From a virus, in the IMG/VR virus record IMGVR_UViG_3300034069_000448, positions 1-42,962 of that record: 42,962 nt of DNA; one strand, written 5' to 3'. Below the pieces are notes generated by a model. That model saw only the letters and a program-made list of their open reading frames with translations. It was not told the DNA's origin and did no database searches. Positions 21,180 through 31,601 of the stretch are shown here, one piece after another. The stretch's first letter is position 1, and every line of letters starts with the position of its first letter. The position numbers and the translations under genes were made by a program.

Positions 21180-21602
21180 ATGGCGCGCCCCCTTCTTCTC
21201 ACACCTGAGATCGCGGACGAGATTTGCGCCCGCCTGTCTGACGCGCGCTCCCTCCGGTCCATCTGCCTTGATGAGGATATGCCAGGGCAGACGACTGTCT
21301 TCAAATGGCTCCGACAGCATGAAGAATTCGCGAAGCAGTACGCGCGCGCGAGAGAAACGCAGGCGGACGCGCTTTTCGACGAAATCCTCGACATTGCCGA
21401 CAATGGTTCCAACGATTGGATGGAGCGCCACGACGACGAGGGGGGCAACATTGGCTGGCGTGAGAATGGAGAGGCGCTGAACCGCTCCAAAATCCGCATT
21501 GATGCTCGCAAGTGGATGGCCGGCAAGCTGCGGCCGAAGGTGTACGGTGAAAAGCTGGACGTGGAACACAGCGGCGGCGTCATCGTGGAGATCCACGAGT
21601 GA
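21180..21602 (+). CDS. terS: Terminase small subunit, 140 aa
   Basis: LTPEIADEICARLSDARSLRSICLDEDMPGQTTVFKWL...KWMAGKLRPKVYGEK matches the common HTH-type TerS family. The gene lies directly upstream of TerL. Confidence 0.8.
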   Translation: MARPLLLTPEIADEICARLSDARSLRSICLDEDMPGQTTVFKWLRQHEEFAKQYARARETQADALFDEILDIADNGSNDWMERHDDEGGNIGWRENGEALNRSKIRIDARKWMAGKLRPKVYGEKLDVEHSGGVIVEIHE

Positions 21603-22924
21603 CCGACACGCGCGTCCGACTGCCCCATGATTGGGCTCCCCGATCCTACCAACAGCCAATCTGGGATTATTTGAAGGCGGGCGGCAAGCGCGCCGTTGCA
21701 ATCTGGCCACGGCGGCACGGCAAGGATGATGTCGCGCTCCATCGCACGGCGATTGCTGCTCACAAGCGCGTGGGCGTCTACTGGCATCTGCTCCCGCAGC
21801 AAAACCAGGCGCGCAAGGCGATCTGGGACGCGGTAAACCCGCACACCGGCCGGCGCCGCATCGACGACGCCTTCCCTGCTGCGATCCGGGCCACGACCCG
21901 CGAACAGGACATGATGATCCGGTTCAAGAACGGTTCGACGTGGCAGGTGATCGGATCGGATAACTACGACGCCTTGGTCGGGACGCCTCCGGTAGGCGTC
22001 GTGTTCTCGGAATGGGCGTTGTCGAACCCGCAGGCGTGGTCGCTGATCCGTCCCATTCTCGCCGAGAACGGCGGGTGGGCGATGTTCATCACCACGCCCC
22101 GCGGCCGCAATCACGCGCACCGCATGTACGAGATGGCGCGCCAGTCGGACGACTGGTTCGCCGAACGTCTGACCGCAAATGACACGACCGTGTTCTCCGC
22201 GGAGACGCTGGCATCGGAGCGCGCCGAGATCATTGCCGAGCGCGGCGAGGACGACGGCGACGCGATTTACCAGCAGGAATACATGACCAGCTTTAGCGCT
22301 GGCTTGCCGGGCGCTTACTACGCCAAGGTCATCGACCGGCTTGAAGCGGACGGGCGCATCACCGCCGTTCCGTACAATCCGCAGGCGCAGGTCCACACGG
22401 CCTGGGATCTGGGTCGCAACGATCAGACCGCGATCTGGTTCGTACAGCGGTACGGCACGGGTTGGGCGGTTATTGACTACCTCGTGAACACCAGCGTCGG
22501 CATCGACTGGTACGTGAAAGAAGTGCGCGCCAAGCCGTATCTCTACGGCGAGCACCTGATGCCTCATGACGCCGAGAACGAGCAGCTTGTCAGCGTGACG
22601 GGCTCGATCGCCGATACCGCCAAGGGGATGGGCCTTGAGGGTATCCGCATCGTGCCTCGGACGGCGAGCGTCGCCAACGACATCAACGAGGTCCGGCAGA
22701 CGCTGCCGCTGTGCTGGTTCGACAAGGACAAGACCGAGAAGGGCGTTGACGCGCTGCGAGCCTATCGTCGCATCTGGGATGAGAAGCTGAAGGCATATCG
22801 GGACACGCCGCTCCACGATTGGGCAAGCGATCCGGCGGATGCCTTTCGCACCTTCGCCATTGGCAAGCCGCGTGATCGCCAAGCGCCGCGCGAGATCAAA
22901 TACACCAACCGGGGGATTGCGTAA
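21599..22924 (+). CDS. terL: Terminase large subunit, 441 aa
   Basis: Walker-A-like WPRRHGKDD, Walker-B-like VVFSEWA, and C-terminal nuclease-like acidic motifs. Position and size fit TerL. GTGA overlap start. Confidence 0.88.
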   Translation: MTDTRVRLPHDWAPRSYQQPIWDYLKAGGKRAVAIWPRRHGKDDVALHRTAIAAHKRVGVYWHLLPQQNQARKAIWDAVNPHTGRRRIDDAFPAAIRATTREQDMMIRFKNGSTWQVIGSDNYDALVGTPPVGVVFSEWALSNPQAWSLIRPILAENGGWAMFITTPRGRNHAHRMYEMARQSDDWFAERLTANDTTVFSAETLASERAEIIAERGEDDGDAIYQQEYMTSFSAGLPGAYYAKVIDRLEADGRITAVPYNPQAQVHTAWDLGRNDQTAIWFVQRYGTGWAVIDYLVNTSVGIDWYVKEVRAKPYLYGEHLMPHDAENEQLVSVTGSIADTAKGMGLEGIRIVPRTASVANDINEVRQTLPLCWFDKDKTEKGVDALRAYRRIWDEKLKAYRDTPLHDWASDPADAFRTFAIGKPRDRQAPREIKYTNRGIA

Positions 22925-25062
22925 TGGCCGTCGTGGACAATCCCGAACTGCTGCGGTTCCTGCGCGAAGAAGCCAGCAACGCGCGCGACGACATTCTCGA
23001 TCAGCAGCGCGCGGTCGCCATCGACTTCTACAACGGCGAGCCCTTCGGCGACGAGGAGGAAGGCCGCTCGCAGCTCGTCACCCGCGATGTGGCGGAGGTC
23101 ATCGACTACATGGTCCCGTCGATCATGCGGACGATGGTCAGCGGCGACAAGGTCGTCGAATTCGAGAGCAACGACCAAGGCGGCAAGCAGGCCGCGGACG
23201 ACGCGACGGCGCTGATCCAGTACGACCTCATGCGCCGGCAGCGCGGCTATCGCATGCTGCACGACTTCCTCAAGGCCGGGCTGCTGGAGAAGTCCGGCGT
23301 AGCCAAGTCGTGGGTCGAGCAGCGCAGTGAGCGCGTCGAGGTCGAGGTGCCCGAGGACGCGGTTGTGCTGACGCCAGAGGGCGGCGCGCACCTGATCGAT
23401 GGAACGCCTGTGCTGGACATTGTCGCGGGCGCTGATGAACGGCTGATCGCGGCACCTGATGGCATCGACGTTACACCAGCCACGGTACGCGCCGTCATCG
23501 AACGCCCTCTGCCCCCGCTGTTCCGCGACATGGCAGTGCCGAACGAAGAGTTTGGCGTCTCGCGCGATGCCCGGTCGTTGGATGAGGCGGCGTACCTTTA
23601 CCATAAGACCCGTGTCAGCCTCGCGACGCTGATCGCCATGGGGTACGACCCTGATGACGTGCAGTCGCTGTACGACGACGGTCAGCCTGGCACGGTGGTG
23701 CAGCAGGCCCGTGATCGTGATCGCACCAACGCAGGCGATGTGCAGCGCATCGATACGTCACGCCTCGTCTGGCTTTGGGAGGAATACCCGCTGTGGTCGA
23801 ATAGTCCCGACAGCGAGCCCCAGCGGATGGTCGTCCACCGCGTCGGTAATACGATCCTGTCGGCGGAGGTCTACGAGAGCGGCAAGCCCGAGGATCAGCC
23901 CTTCGAGGTGTGGACGCCCTTCCCGATGCCGCATCGCATCGTGGGGCAGTCGCTCGCGGACAAGGTCATGGACGTGCAGCGCGTCCGGTCGGTGTTGCTA
24001 CGGCAGGCGGCGGACAACCTGTATCAATCGAACAGCCCCCGTGTGCTGGTCCCGGAGAACGACCAGTCGCCGAACCTGATCGACGACCTTCTGACCGTTC
24101 GGCCGGGCGCGCTGATCCGGTACAGCGGCACTGTCCCGCCGTCCGCGTTCGCCGTGCCGTTCACCGCCGACAAGGCGTTCACCGCCATGGAGATGATGGC
24201 GGGCGAGAAGGAATCCCGCACCGGCATTACGCGGCTCAATCAGGGTCTGGACGCCGACACGCTGAACAAGACGGCGACCGGCACGGCGTTGATGCAGGCG
24301 AGCGGGCAGCAGATCGAAGAGTATCTGGCCCGCAATTTTGCCGAAGCCGTCGCACGCGTCGCTGATCGCAAGCGCCGGCTCATGAAGCGGTACGCCGCGC
24401 TGACCCGCATTCTCGTCGATGGCAAATACCGCGAGATCAACCCGCAGTCGTGGCCCGACGACATGGAGGTCAACGTCCGGGTTGGTCTTGGCACTGGTCG
24501 CAAGGACGTGCGGCTTCAGTACCGCCAGATGATCCTAGCGCTTCAGCAGGCCGCGGTGCAGGCGAAGGCGCCGGTCGGATCGTGGAAGGGTGTCTACAAC
24601 AACCTGTCGGGGATCATCGCCGACACCGCGCTCGGCAACGTGACCGACTTCTTCACCGATCCGGGCGACCAGCCGATCCAGCAGGACGCGCAATCGCCCG
24701 AGATGGCGGCAGCGCAGGCGAAAGCGACGATCGAGGCGCAGAAGCTACAGGGCGACCAGCAGAAGCAGCAGGCCGAAATCCAGATGAAGGCGCGCGGTCA
24801 GGAGATTGAGCGCGAGGTGAAACTTGCCGGGGTCCAAGCGTCGGCGGAGGTGCAGCAGTGGGAGGCGCAGCAGCGTGTCGATCGCGATCAAGCGCGGGCC
24901 GAGGCAGAAGCCGCGCTGGCGGTGCAGCGCCTCGACTTCGACATGGGCCTCGCCCGCGAACGTCAGGCCTTCGACATGGAACTGGCACGCGAGCGGGCAA
25001 GCGGCGCCGATAGCGGCGGCGGGCTGCCGGCGTATCGGCCTGGCGGGGAGTTGGACAAGTGA
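22924..25062 (+). CDS. Portal protein with a long Q/E/A-rich coiled-coil C-terminus (P22-like barrel architecture), 712 aa
   Basis: It immediately follows TerL (TAATG overlap). Size and C-terminal heptad-rich region fit a P22-type portal. Confidence 0.85.
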   Translation: MAVVDNPELLRFLREEASNARDDILDQQRAVAIDFYNGEPFGDEEEGRSQLVTRDVAEVIDYMVPSIMRTMVSGDKVVEFESNDQGGKQAADDATALIQYDLMRRQRGYRMLHDFLKAGLLEKSGVAKSWVEQRSERVEVEVPEDAVVLTPEGGAHLIDGTPVLDIVAGADERLIAAPDGIDVTPATVRAVIERPLPPLFRDMAVPNEEFGVSRDARSLDEAAYLYHKTRVSLATLIAMGYDPDDVQSLYDDGQPGTVVQQARDRDRTNAGDVQRIDTSRLVWLWEEYPLWSNSPDSEPQRMVVHRVGNTILSAEVYESGKPEDQPFEVWTPFPMPHRIVGQSLADKVMDVQRVRSVLLRQAADNLYQSNSPRVLVPENDQSPNLIDDLLTVRPGALIRYSGTVPPSAFAVPFTADKAFTAMEMMAGEKESRTGITRLNQGLDADTLNKTATGTALMQASGQQIEEYLARNFAEAVARVADRKRRLMKRYAALTRILVDGKYREINPQSWPDDMEVNVRVGLGTGRKDVRLQYRQMILALQQAAVQAKAPVGSWKGVYNNLSGIIADTALGNVTDFFTDPGDQPIQQDAQSPEMAAAQAKATIEAQKLQGDQQKQQAEIQMKARGQEIEREVKLAGVQASAEVQQWEAQQRVDRDQARAEAEAALAVQRLDFDMGLARERQAFDMELARERASGADSGGGLPAYRPGGELDK

Positions 25063-25313
25063 AGCGCCGCCTCAGGGTCATACCCTCAGATGAATGCCGC
25101 GTAGACCGCGTTTGTGTGGCTACGCTAGCGAAAGCGTATCGGCGGGCGCTGGCCGGCGAGTTCCAAGCGATGGCTATCGCGACCGTAACCGAAGGCGCTG
25201 GTGGAGGATCCTTTGGCGCGTGCTGGAGTGATCCTGAGAGCCGTGCGCAGATGGCCGGATCGGTCGCCTACCTCAACCATCGTTTTATGCAGGAGGCGAT
25301 CTATGAGCGGTGA
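25059..25313 (+). CDS. Hypothetical head-module protein, 84 aa
   Basis: GTGA overlap start; track ORF. Confidence 0.55.
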   Translation: MKRRLRVIPSDECRVDRVCVATLAKAYRRALAGEFQAMAIATVTEGAGGGSFGACWSDPESRAQMAGSVAYLNHRFMQEAIYER

Positions 25314-25626
25314 CACCCTCTCCACCCGCATCGTCAATGCCGAGCAGGCGCGCGCTGCCATGGACACCTTCGTCGGCCCGGCGTTCGGCATCATCCGCGG
25401 CGCGTACATCGAGAAGCTGGCATCCTTGGCCGCTCAACCGCTCACCGTCGACGCCCGAGCCGGTATTGAGAAGTTGGCGCTTGCTGTGAAGGTGCTCGAC
25501 GAGGTGCAGGCTCAAGTCGATCAGGTCGCGCAGGACGGCAAAGTCGCGCGCGAGCAGAAGGCTTATACCGACCGCATCCAGCAACTGCCCGCCGAGCGCC
25601 GCAAGATACTCGGGATCGGCCTATGA
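25303..25626 (+). CDS. Hypothetical head-module protein, 107 aa
   Basis: Internal ATG of track ORF 25201..25626; helical, coiled-coil-like sequence. Confidence 0.55.
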   Translation: MSGDTLSTRIVNAEQARAAMDTFVGPAFGIIRGAYIEKLASLAAQPLTVDARAGIEKLALAVKVLDEVQAQVDQVAQDGKVAREQKAYTDRIQQLPAERRKILGIGL

Positions 25627-25778
25627 GCGAGTCGGTCGCTTGGGCATCCGACGCCTACGCCCGCGTGAAGGCCGGCGAGCAACCAGAAACACCCGAACAG
25701 CGCGTGATCCGTGAAGCCGAAGAGCAGCGGGTCAGCGACAACATCCGCGTGCGGCGTCGTCTGCCGCGCGTAGCCTGA
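25623..25778 (+). CDS. Small hypothetical protein, 51 aa
   Basis: ATGA overlap start; hand-translated. Confidence 0.4.
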   Translation: MSESVAWASDAYARVKAGEQPETPEQRVIREAEEQRVSDNIRVRRRLPRVA

Positions 25779-25789
25779 GGAGACGAGAG

Positions 25790-26752
25790 ATGGCGACCAA
25801 TCCCGATACCGTCACGCAGCCCGCTCCCGAAGCGCCGGCAGCCGACATCGCGCAGCAGCTATACGGCGAGCAGCCGGCTGCTAACGACGTGGAATCTGTC
25901 GTTGGCGGTGAGCAGCAGCCCAGCGAAGAGCAGGCGCCGGTCGATCTCGATCCCGATCCTAACGCGGAACTGACCGAGGGCGAGCAGCAGCCCGACCCGA
26001 TCGAGCCGCCGATCAGTTGGGCCAAGGATTACAAGGAACAGTTCTCCGCGCTTCCTCGCGAGATGCAGGAGATCATCTCCACGCGCGAGGCGGAGCGCGA
26101 GCGGTACGTCGCCACCAAGGCGAATGAGGCGGCGCGCACTCGGCAGACGGTCGAGGCGGAAGCACGCGGCCAGTTCGAACAGGTTCTGCGCTCCCACGCC
26201 GAGCAGTTGCAGCGGTACATGCCGGCCGAACCGCAGCGTCCGGACCCGCGTCTATTGCAGGGCGGCGAGGAACATCGGGCGCTTTACTATCAGCAGCAGG
26301 CGGAGTATGACTATGCTACCGCCCAGCGCTCGGATGCGCAGCGGCAAGCGCAGGAAGCGCAGGCTCAGGCCGATCAGATGCAAGCTTACCAGCTTCAGCA
26401 GGAGATCACCGAGCAAAACCGCATCCTCGCTGAAGCACTACCCGAATGGTCCGAACCATCGGCACGGTCGAAACTCCTGTCTGACCTGGGGTCCATCGGC
26501 GGCGAACTCGGATACACGCAAGAGCAGATGAGCGAGGCACGCGCTTCGGACATCATGGCATTGAGAACAGCGCATGGCTGGAAGGCGAAAGCCGACAAGT
26601 ACGACGCGCTGATGAAAGCCAAGATGCAGCCGGTCCGCGCGGCCAGACAAGCTTCTCCCGCTCGTATCGCGGTGCCTGGAACGGCCACAGGCCAAGCCCA
26701 GCCGCCACGCAGTCTCGCAGCAACCCTTTACCCCAACGACGTGCGGAGGTGA
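25790..26752 (+). CDS. Scaffolding protein (Q/E/A-rich helical), 320 aa
   Basis: Composition and its position between the portal and the major capsid gene. Confidence 0.7.
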   Translation: MATNPDTVTQPAPEAPAADIAQQLYGEQPAANDVESVVGGEQQPSEEQAPVDLDPDPNAELTEGEQQPDPIEPPISWAKDYKEQFSALPREMQEIISTREAERERYVATKANEAARTRQTVEAEARGQFEQVLRSHAEQLQRYMPAEPQRPDPRLLQGGEEHRALYYQQQAEYDYATAQRSDAQRQAQEAQAQADQMQAYQLQQEITEQNRILAEALPEWSEPSARSKLLSDLGSIGGELGYTQEQMSEARASDIMALRTAHGWKAKADKYDALMKAKMQPVRAARQASPARIAVPGTATGQAQPPRSLAATLYPNDVRR

Positions 26753-26790
26753 GCCAGAGGGGCCTCTCCGCCTGACAGCAGGAGGCCAAT

Positions 26791-27822
26791 TTGGCTACTA
26801 TCGGAAATAGCTTCCGGGGCCTGATCGACCATTTCTCGTCGGTCGACCGCTCCGGTCGGGTTACCCCCATCATCGAGGCGCTACACCAGCTTAACCCGCT
26901 GATGCAGGATGCCTACGTCATCGAAGCCAACGAGGGCTCGCAGCACCTGTCCACGATCCGCACGGGACTCGGCGAGGTCGCTTGGGGGCAGCTCTACAAG
27001 GGCATCATCCAGTCCAAGGGCACGACCGCGCAGGTCCGTGACACCACGGGCTTCGTCGAGCGGCTGTCGACCATCGACACGCGCTATCTCGATCGGATCA
27101 AGGACCCCGCTCAGGAGCGCATGAACGAGGCGAACGCGGCGCTGGAGGCCATCGCGCAGGATGTTCAGGCGAACTTCTTCTATTCGGACACCGCCACCAC
27201 GCCTGAGCGTTTCAAGGGCGTCGCGTCGCGCTACTCATCGATTGCCAACGGCGGTGCAGCAGCAGCGCAGATCGTCGATGGCGGCGGTCGCGGTGCGGAC
27301 AACACCTCGATCTGGATGATTGGCTGGGGCGCTCCGGCCACCGCGCTGATCTATCCCGAAGGCTCGACGGGCGGTGTCGTCCGCGAGGACAAGGGCGAGC
27401 AGCGCACGACCGACGAACTCGGCCGTCCGTACTACGTCAAGGAGGAGTACTTCGCTCAGCACGTCGGCGTGAAGGTCGGCGACTGGCGGTACAACTCGCG
27501 CATCGCCAACATCGACGTGTCGGATGCGCTCGCAGGTACGGTTGACCTCTTCGCTCTGCTCCGCCGGGCTTATTACAAACTCCAAGAGCGTCGGAATACC
27601 CGTATTGAGAACGGCGGCATGGTGCAGGGCGTCAAGCCTGTCATCTACATGAATCGCGACATGATGCAGGTGCTCGACACGCTCAGCACCAACGCCGGCA
27701 GCGCCGACAACCGCATCCGCCTCGTCCCCGACGAGATCGCCGGCAAGGAAGTGCAGACATATCGCGGCATCCCGATCCGCGAGACCGACGCGCTCATCAA
27801 TGCCGAAGCGGTCGTCGCCTGA
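26791..27822 (+). CDS. Major capsid protein, 343 aa
   Basis: TTG start with AGGAGG 5 nt upstream (the strongest SD in the window). Size and position fit a coat protein. Confidence 0.85.
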   Translation: MATIGNSFRGLIDHFSSVDRSGRVTPIIEALHQLNPLMQDAYVIEANEGSQHLSTIRTGLGEVAWGQLYKGIIQSKGTTAQVRDTTGFVERLSTIDTRYLDRIKDPAQERMNEANAALEAIAQDVQANFFYSDTATTPERFKGVASRYSSIANGGAAAAQIVDGGGRGADNTSIWMIGWGAPATALIYPEGSTGGVVREDKGEQRTTDELGRPYYVKEEYFAQHVGVKVGDWRYNSRIANIDVSDALAGTVDLFALLRRAYYKLQERRNTRIENGGMVQGVKPVIYMNRDMMQVLDTLSTNAGSADNRIRLVPDEIAGKEVQTYRGIPIRETDALINAEAVVA

Positions 27823-27846
27823 GCCTGGCATAGGGAGAACCAAGAC

Positions 27847-28290
27847 ATGATCCTCGATCGTACCGGCCTGCTCTCCGAGAACCAGGTCATCACCGCAACC
27901 ACGGCGTCCACCAACGTCATCGACATCGGCCCGTTCGGTACTCCGTACGGCGCCGGTTCCCCGCTCCGCCGCGACCTCGGCCGCGGTACGGACATTCCGA
28001 TCGTCGTGCAGGCGACGGAATCGTTCAACAACCTGACGGGCTTCCAGATTAGCGTCCAGACCTCGGCGGATGCGGCGTTCACGTCGCCTACCACCGTGTT
28101 CACGTCGCCGACCTACACGCTGGCCCAGATGGCGGTGAACGGCGCCCACCTCCTGCCCGACACGCTGCCCGTCAACACGGCGCAGCGCTACTTCCGCCTG
28201 CTCTACACCGTGACTGGCACCGCGCCGTCCACGGGCCGCATCACCGCAGGCATCACGCTGGCACGCCAGACCAACCGGGGAGTGTACTGA
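27847..28290 (+). CDS. Capsid cement/decoration-like protein (Bbp16-like), 147 aa
   Basis: It immediately follows the capsid gene. LSENQVITATTASTNVIDIG...FQISVQTSADAAF matches, from memory, the pattern of BPP-1-type cement proteins. Confidence 0.55.
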   Translation: MILDRTGLLSENQVITATTASTNVIDIGPFGTPYGAGSPLRRDLGRGTDIPIVVQATESFNNLTGFQISVQTSADAAFTSPTTVFTSPTYTLAQMAVNGAHLLPDTLPVNTAQRYFRLLYTVTGTAPSTGRITAGITLARQTNRGVY

Positions 28291-28592
28291 TGAGCGCGCA
28301 GCCCAAGACCTACACGGCACCGCACGCCGTCTACGTCGACAACCGTCTCTACGCCGCAGGGGAGCCGTTTACGACGGCTTCCGTCAAGGGCGACAAGTGG
28401 GAGGCAGTCGATGCAGGCGAGAAGGCGGCGGCAGAGGCCGCATCCAAGATCATCACCGTTCAGCCCTCTCTTGAGGACATGGACATTACCGTCCTGCGCG
28501 CGCTGGCGACCGAGAAGTCGGTCAACAGCAGCGGGTTGAGCAAAAAGGACCTCATCACGGCCATCAAGGCCGCTGACGAAGTCCACCTGTAA
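28290..28592 (+). CDS. Head protein with a C-terminal HeH/SAP-like motif, 100 aa
   Basis: MDITVLRALATEKSVNSSGLSKKDLITAIKAA resembles the Rho-N/HeH helix-extension-helix motif. Confidence 0.6.
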   Translation: MSAQPKTYTAPHAVYVDNRLYAAGEPFTTASVKGDKWEAVDAGEKAAAEAASKIITVQPSLEDMDITVLRALATEKSVNSSGLSKKDLITAIKAADEVHL

Positions 28593-28610
28593 GGCGACGG
28601 GGGAGTCGGT

Positions 28611-29267
28611 ATGCCACTCGCGAGAGCTTTTGCTGGCAGCGATCATGCCGGCTTCCCCGTCACCATGCCGGACGGCACGCAAGGCTTCGCGCCGGCTGTC
28701 GTTTCGGTGGACCAGGCTGGTTCCGTCCTATCGGGAACCACCCCCTCGTACGAAGACCAGCGTGTCTTCGACGGGTTCGGCTTCACGACCAGCACGAACA
28801 TCGTCGCGGTGCCAGCTAACAATTACCTGCTGACCGAATTGGCCAACCCCGCGGGCTCGGGTGTTAATTTCGTCATGACGGTGCGTTCGTTCAGCGACAA
28901 CATCGTGGGCGGCAACGCGCCCCTCGAATATCTGCGCTACGCGAACATGTCGTACCTACCGGCGGGCACAGCCACAACCGTAGCGGTTAACAATCGCCTT
29001 GGCGGAGGCGCAGCACCGCCTACCGGGACGACCTTCCGATACATGACCGGCACCGGCTTGCCTGTGACGACCAATGGCGGATCGACGCTGGCGGCGTCTA
29101 CTTCGGCGGGTTTCGTGCCGACGAATGGCGAGGAACTGCGGATCAAGGACATCGTGTTGATCGCGCCGGGGCAGCGACTTGTTTACGCGGTGGGCGGTTC
29201 TGGCGGCGGGCTCGCTACGACCGCCCGTATCAAATCCACCCTCCTCTTCTACACGAGGCCGATCTGA
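28611..29267 (+). CDS. Virion structural protein, 218 aa
   Basis: Track ORF in the structural operon; beta-rich composition. Confidence 0.65.
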   Translation: MPLARAFAGSDHAGFPVTMPDGTQGFAPAVVSVDQAGSVLSGTTPSYEDQRVFDGFGFTTSTNIVAVPANNYLLTELANPAGSGVNFVMTVRSFSDNIVGGNAPLEYLRYANMSYLPAGTATTVAVNNRLGGGAAPPTGTTFRYMTGTGLPVTTNGGSTLAASTSAGFVPTNGEELRIKDIVLIAPGQRLVYAVGGSGGGLATTARIKSTLLFYTRPI

Positions 29268-29533
29268 TGCCGGAAACTATCCTCGACAACATGGACTCGT
29301 GGAAGCGCCTCGCGGGCACCGCGGCGGATGATGGTTCGTTCACGCCGTTCGTGCAGGACAAAGCGGCGCTAATCCTATTGCAGCAGCTTGTGGCGACGAT
29401 GGGCCAAGTGCTTGCTGCGGTGCAGGCTGTCAGCGTTGATACCAAGGACGCGGTGACGAAGCTCGCTGGCATTCGTGCGCGCCTCGAAGGCGGCATCAAA
29501 ACGCAGGCCGGCACGATTGCCGTTAACGTTTGA
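29267..29533 (+). CDS. Hypothetical structural-module protein, 88 aa
   Basis: TGATG overlaps at both ends. Confidence 0.6.
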   Translation: MPETILDNMDSWKRLAGTAADDGSFTPFVQDKAALILLQQLVATMGQVLAAVQAVSVDTKDAVTKLAGIRARLEGGIKTQAGTIAVNV

Positions 29534-30192
29534 TGGCCGTCGCCTTCTCATACATCCCGCCCGGCTCAATCGGCAACTACGACGATCTGGTCGACAAGGT
29601 CGCGCTGTGGATGGACCGCGACGATCTGGTCGAGCGCGTGCCCGACTTCGTGGCGCTGCTGGAAGCGCGGCTCAACCGCATCCTCCGTGTGCCGGAGATG
29701 GAAACGGCGGCTATGCTGTCGGCGACGGCGGAGCGCACCGCCCTGCCGCTAGACTTCCTCCAGATGCGCTCGCTTCACGTCGAGGGCGTGCCGGATCGAC
29801 CGTTGCGAGCGATGGCGCCGGGTGGCGTATCGGAGACGTTCAGCGGCCGGGCTGGTCTTCCCGTCGCCTACAGCATTGCCGGTCGCAACCTCACCTTGGC
29901 GCCCCCGCCTCAGGAACCGGTTACGCTGGCCATCGCTTATTGGCAGCGCATCCCGTCGCTGTCGTCGATCACGCCGACGAACTGGCTGCTCGAACAGCAT
30001 CCCGACATCTACCTCTACGGTTCGCTGATCCAGGCGGAGGCGTACCTGTCGAACGATGAGCGCGTAGCCTTGTGGAAAGCCGCGCACGATGAAGCGGTAG
30101 GCGAACTGCAACAGGCTGGTCAGCGCGCCCGCTGGGGTGCGGGACCGCTGGTACCGAATACCGTCCACCAAACGCGTGGCGCACGGTGCTGA
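29533..30192 (+). CDS. Putative head-to-tail adaptor protein, 219 aa
   Basis: Assigned from position and size in a podovirus-type module. No diagnostic motif verified. Confidence 0.5.
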   Translation: MAVAFSYIPPGSIGNYDDLVDKVALWMDRDDLVERVPDFVALLEARLNRILRVPEMETAAMLSATAERTALPLDFLQMRSLHVEGVPDRPLRAMAPGGVSETFSGRAGLPVAYSIAGRNLTLAPPPQEPVTLAIAYWQRIPSLSSITPTNWLLEQHPDIYLYGSLIQAEAYLSNDERVALWKAAHDEAVGELQQAGQRARWGAGPLVPNTVHQTRGARC

Positions 30193-31601
30193 CACGAATT
30201 CCGTTCGGCGAGTGGGCACCCGATCTCGCCCCGGTGCAGGGCGGGGTCGAACGGTGCGTCAACGTCCTACCGATGCCAAATGGATACCGGCCGGTTGAAT
30301 CATTCGCCGCGATCACTGTCGCGCTACCGGAACGCTTTGCCGGCGGTGGCGCTTTCCTGTCTTCTAGTGGCGTGGCGCACCTGCTTGCCGGCACGGCGAA
30401 CCGTCTGACGCGCTATGATGCCGGCGCATGGGCAAGCAAGGTGTCGGGCCTGTCGGTCACTCGCTGGCGATTTGGGCAGTTCGGCAACAACATCGTAGCG
30501 GTCAATGGCGGCGCGCCGATCAAATACGACCTGACGACCGCCACGGCGAGCAATCTTGGCGGCTCACCTCCAAACGCCTCGTTGGTCGCCATCGTGCGCG
30601 ATTTCGTGGTGCTGGCGGGCGATCCGGCTGATCGGCTGACCGTGCGGTGGTCGGGCTTCAACAACTCCGAGCAATGGGCGATCGGCACGAACCAGGCCGA
30701 TAGCCAGCCGATGCTCTCCGGTGGTCCGATCACGGGCCTGACCGGCGGAGAATATGGCCTGATCCTGCAACCCGACCGTATCGTCCGCATGACCTACACC
30801 GGCGGTGAGGCCATCTTCCAGTTCGACGAGATCGCTTCGAACATCGGCTGCATGGTGTCGGGATCGGTCGCGCAGGCCGGGCAGATGGTGTTCTTCCTGT
30901 CTGAACGCGGATTCATGGTGTGCAACGGCACCAGCGTGCAGCCGATCGGCAAGGAAAAGATCGACCGCACGTTCTTCGCTCGTCACTCACGCACCGACAT
31001 CATCGCCGGCATCATGTCGGCCGTCGATCCGCGTCAGACGCTCGTCATGTGGGCGATGCCGGGCGATCCTGGCGTCGTGTGGTGCTACGATTGGACATTA
31101 GAGCGGTGGTCGACGATTGAGGTCGCCAACAACGGCTTGTTCACGGGCTTCACGGCCAATGTGTCGTTGGAAGGCATCGACACGCTCTATCCCGATGGCA
31201 TCGATAGCGTGCCGTACTCGCTAGACGCACCGCGGTTCAACGCCGGCAACGCGCGCATTCTGCCCGTCAGCTCGGCCAACGTCATCGGTGCCTTCGGCGG
31301 GCCGAATATGCCGGCGATGGTGCAGTCGTGCGATCAGGAGTTGGCGCCCGGCCGCACTGTTCGCGCTCGTTTCTGCCGCGCCCTGAGTGACGACGTGAGC
31401 GGTACTGTGTCACTCGACATGCGGCGACGTGCCGGTGACCCCGAGAAGGTCACCGCCTCCGCTGCGATCCGCCCGAGCGGAAACGTACCGATCCGCGCGA
31501 CCGGCCGCCACGTTCAAGCGACGCATATCGTCCCGGCGGGCGCTGTGTGGGGATACACACAAGGGATCGAGGTCGAAGGCGATCAGGCGGGGCGGCGCTA
31601 A
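30186..31601 (+). CDS. Putative tail tubular/nozzle protein, 471 aa
   Basis: A large beta-rich ORF following the adaptor candidate. Confidence 0.55.
   Translation: MLTRIPFGEWAPDLAPVQGGVERCVNVLPMPNGYRPVESFAAITVALPERFAGGGAFLSSSGVAHLLAGTANRLTRYDAGAWASKVSGLSVTRWRFGQFGNNIVAVNGGAPIKYDLTTATASNLGGSPPNASLVAIVRDFVVLAGDPADRLTVRWSGFNNSEQWAIGTNQADSQPMLSGGPITGLTGGEYGLILQPDRIVRMTYTGGEAIFQFDEIASNIGCMVSGSVAQAGQMVFFLSERGFMVCNGTSVQPIGKEKIDRTFFARHSRTDIIAGIMSAVDPRQTLVMWAMPGDPGVVWCYDWTLERWSTIEVANNGLFTGFTANVSLEGIDTLYPDGIDSVPYSLDAPRFNAGNARILPVSSANVIGAFGGPNMPAMVQSCDQELAPGRTVRARFCRALSDDVSGTVSLDMRRRAGDPEKVTASAAIRPSGNVPIRATGRHVQATHIVPAGAVWGYTQGIEVEGDQAGRR

Noticed and set aside
21140-22882. 580-aa minus-strand ORF, the longest ORF on that strand
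   Set aside because: It lies entirely antisense to the terminase genes, which have recognisable motifs. It is Arg/Pro/Gly/Val-rich with no domain signature. This is a typical shadow ORF of high-GC DNA.
24900-25010. Short tandem peptide repeat FDMGLARER / FDMELARER at the portal C-terminus
   Set aside because: It is two imperfect copies within a coiled-coil region. It is consistent with ordinary heptad-rich sequence evolution and was not judged a separate feature.
27235-28320. 361-aa minus-strand ORF across the capsid and cement genes. The same class includes 41288..42190 (-), 6634..7602 (+), 11979..12761 (+), 16248..17087 (-) and 1181..1828 (-).
   Set aside because: All are antisense or out-of-frame shadows of confidently assigned genes. 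Their translations are low-complexity and Arg/Ala/Pro-rich, and none fits the overlap-coupled gene chain.
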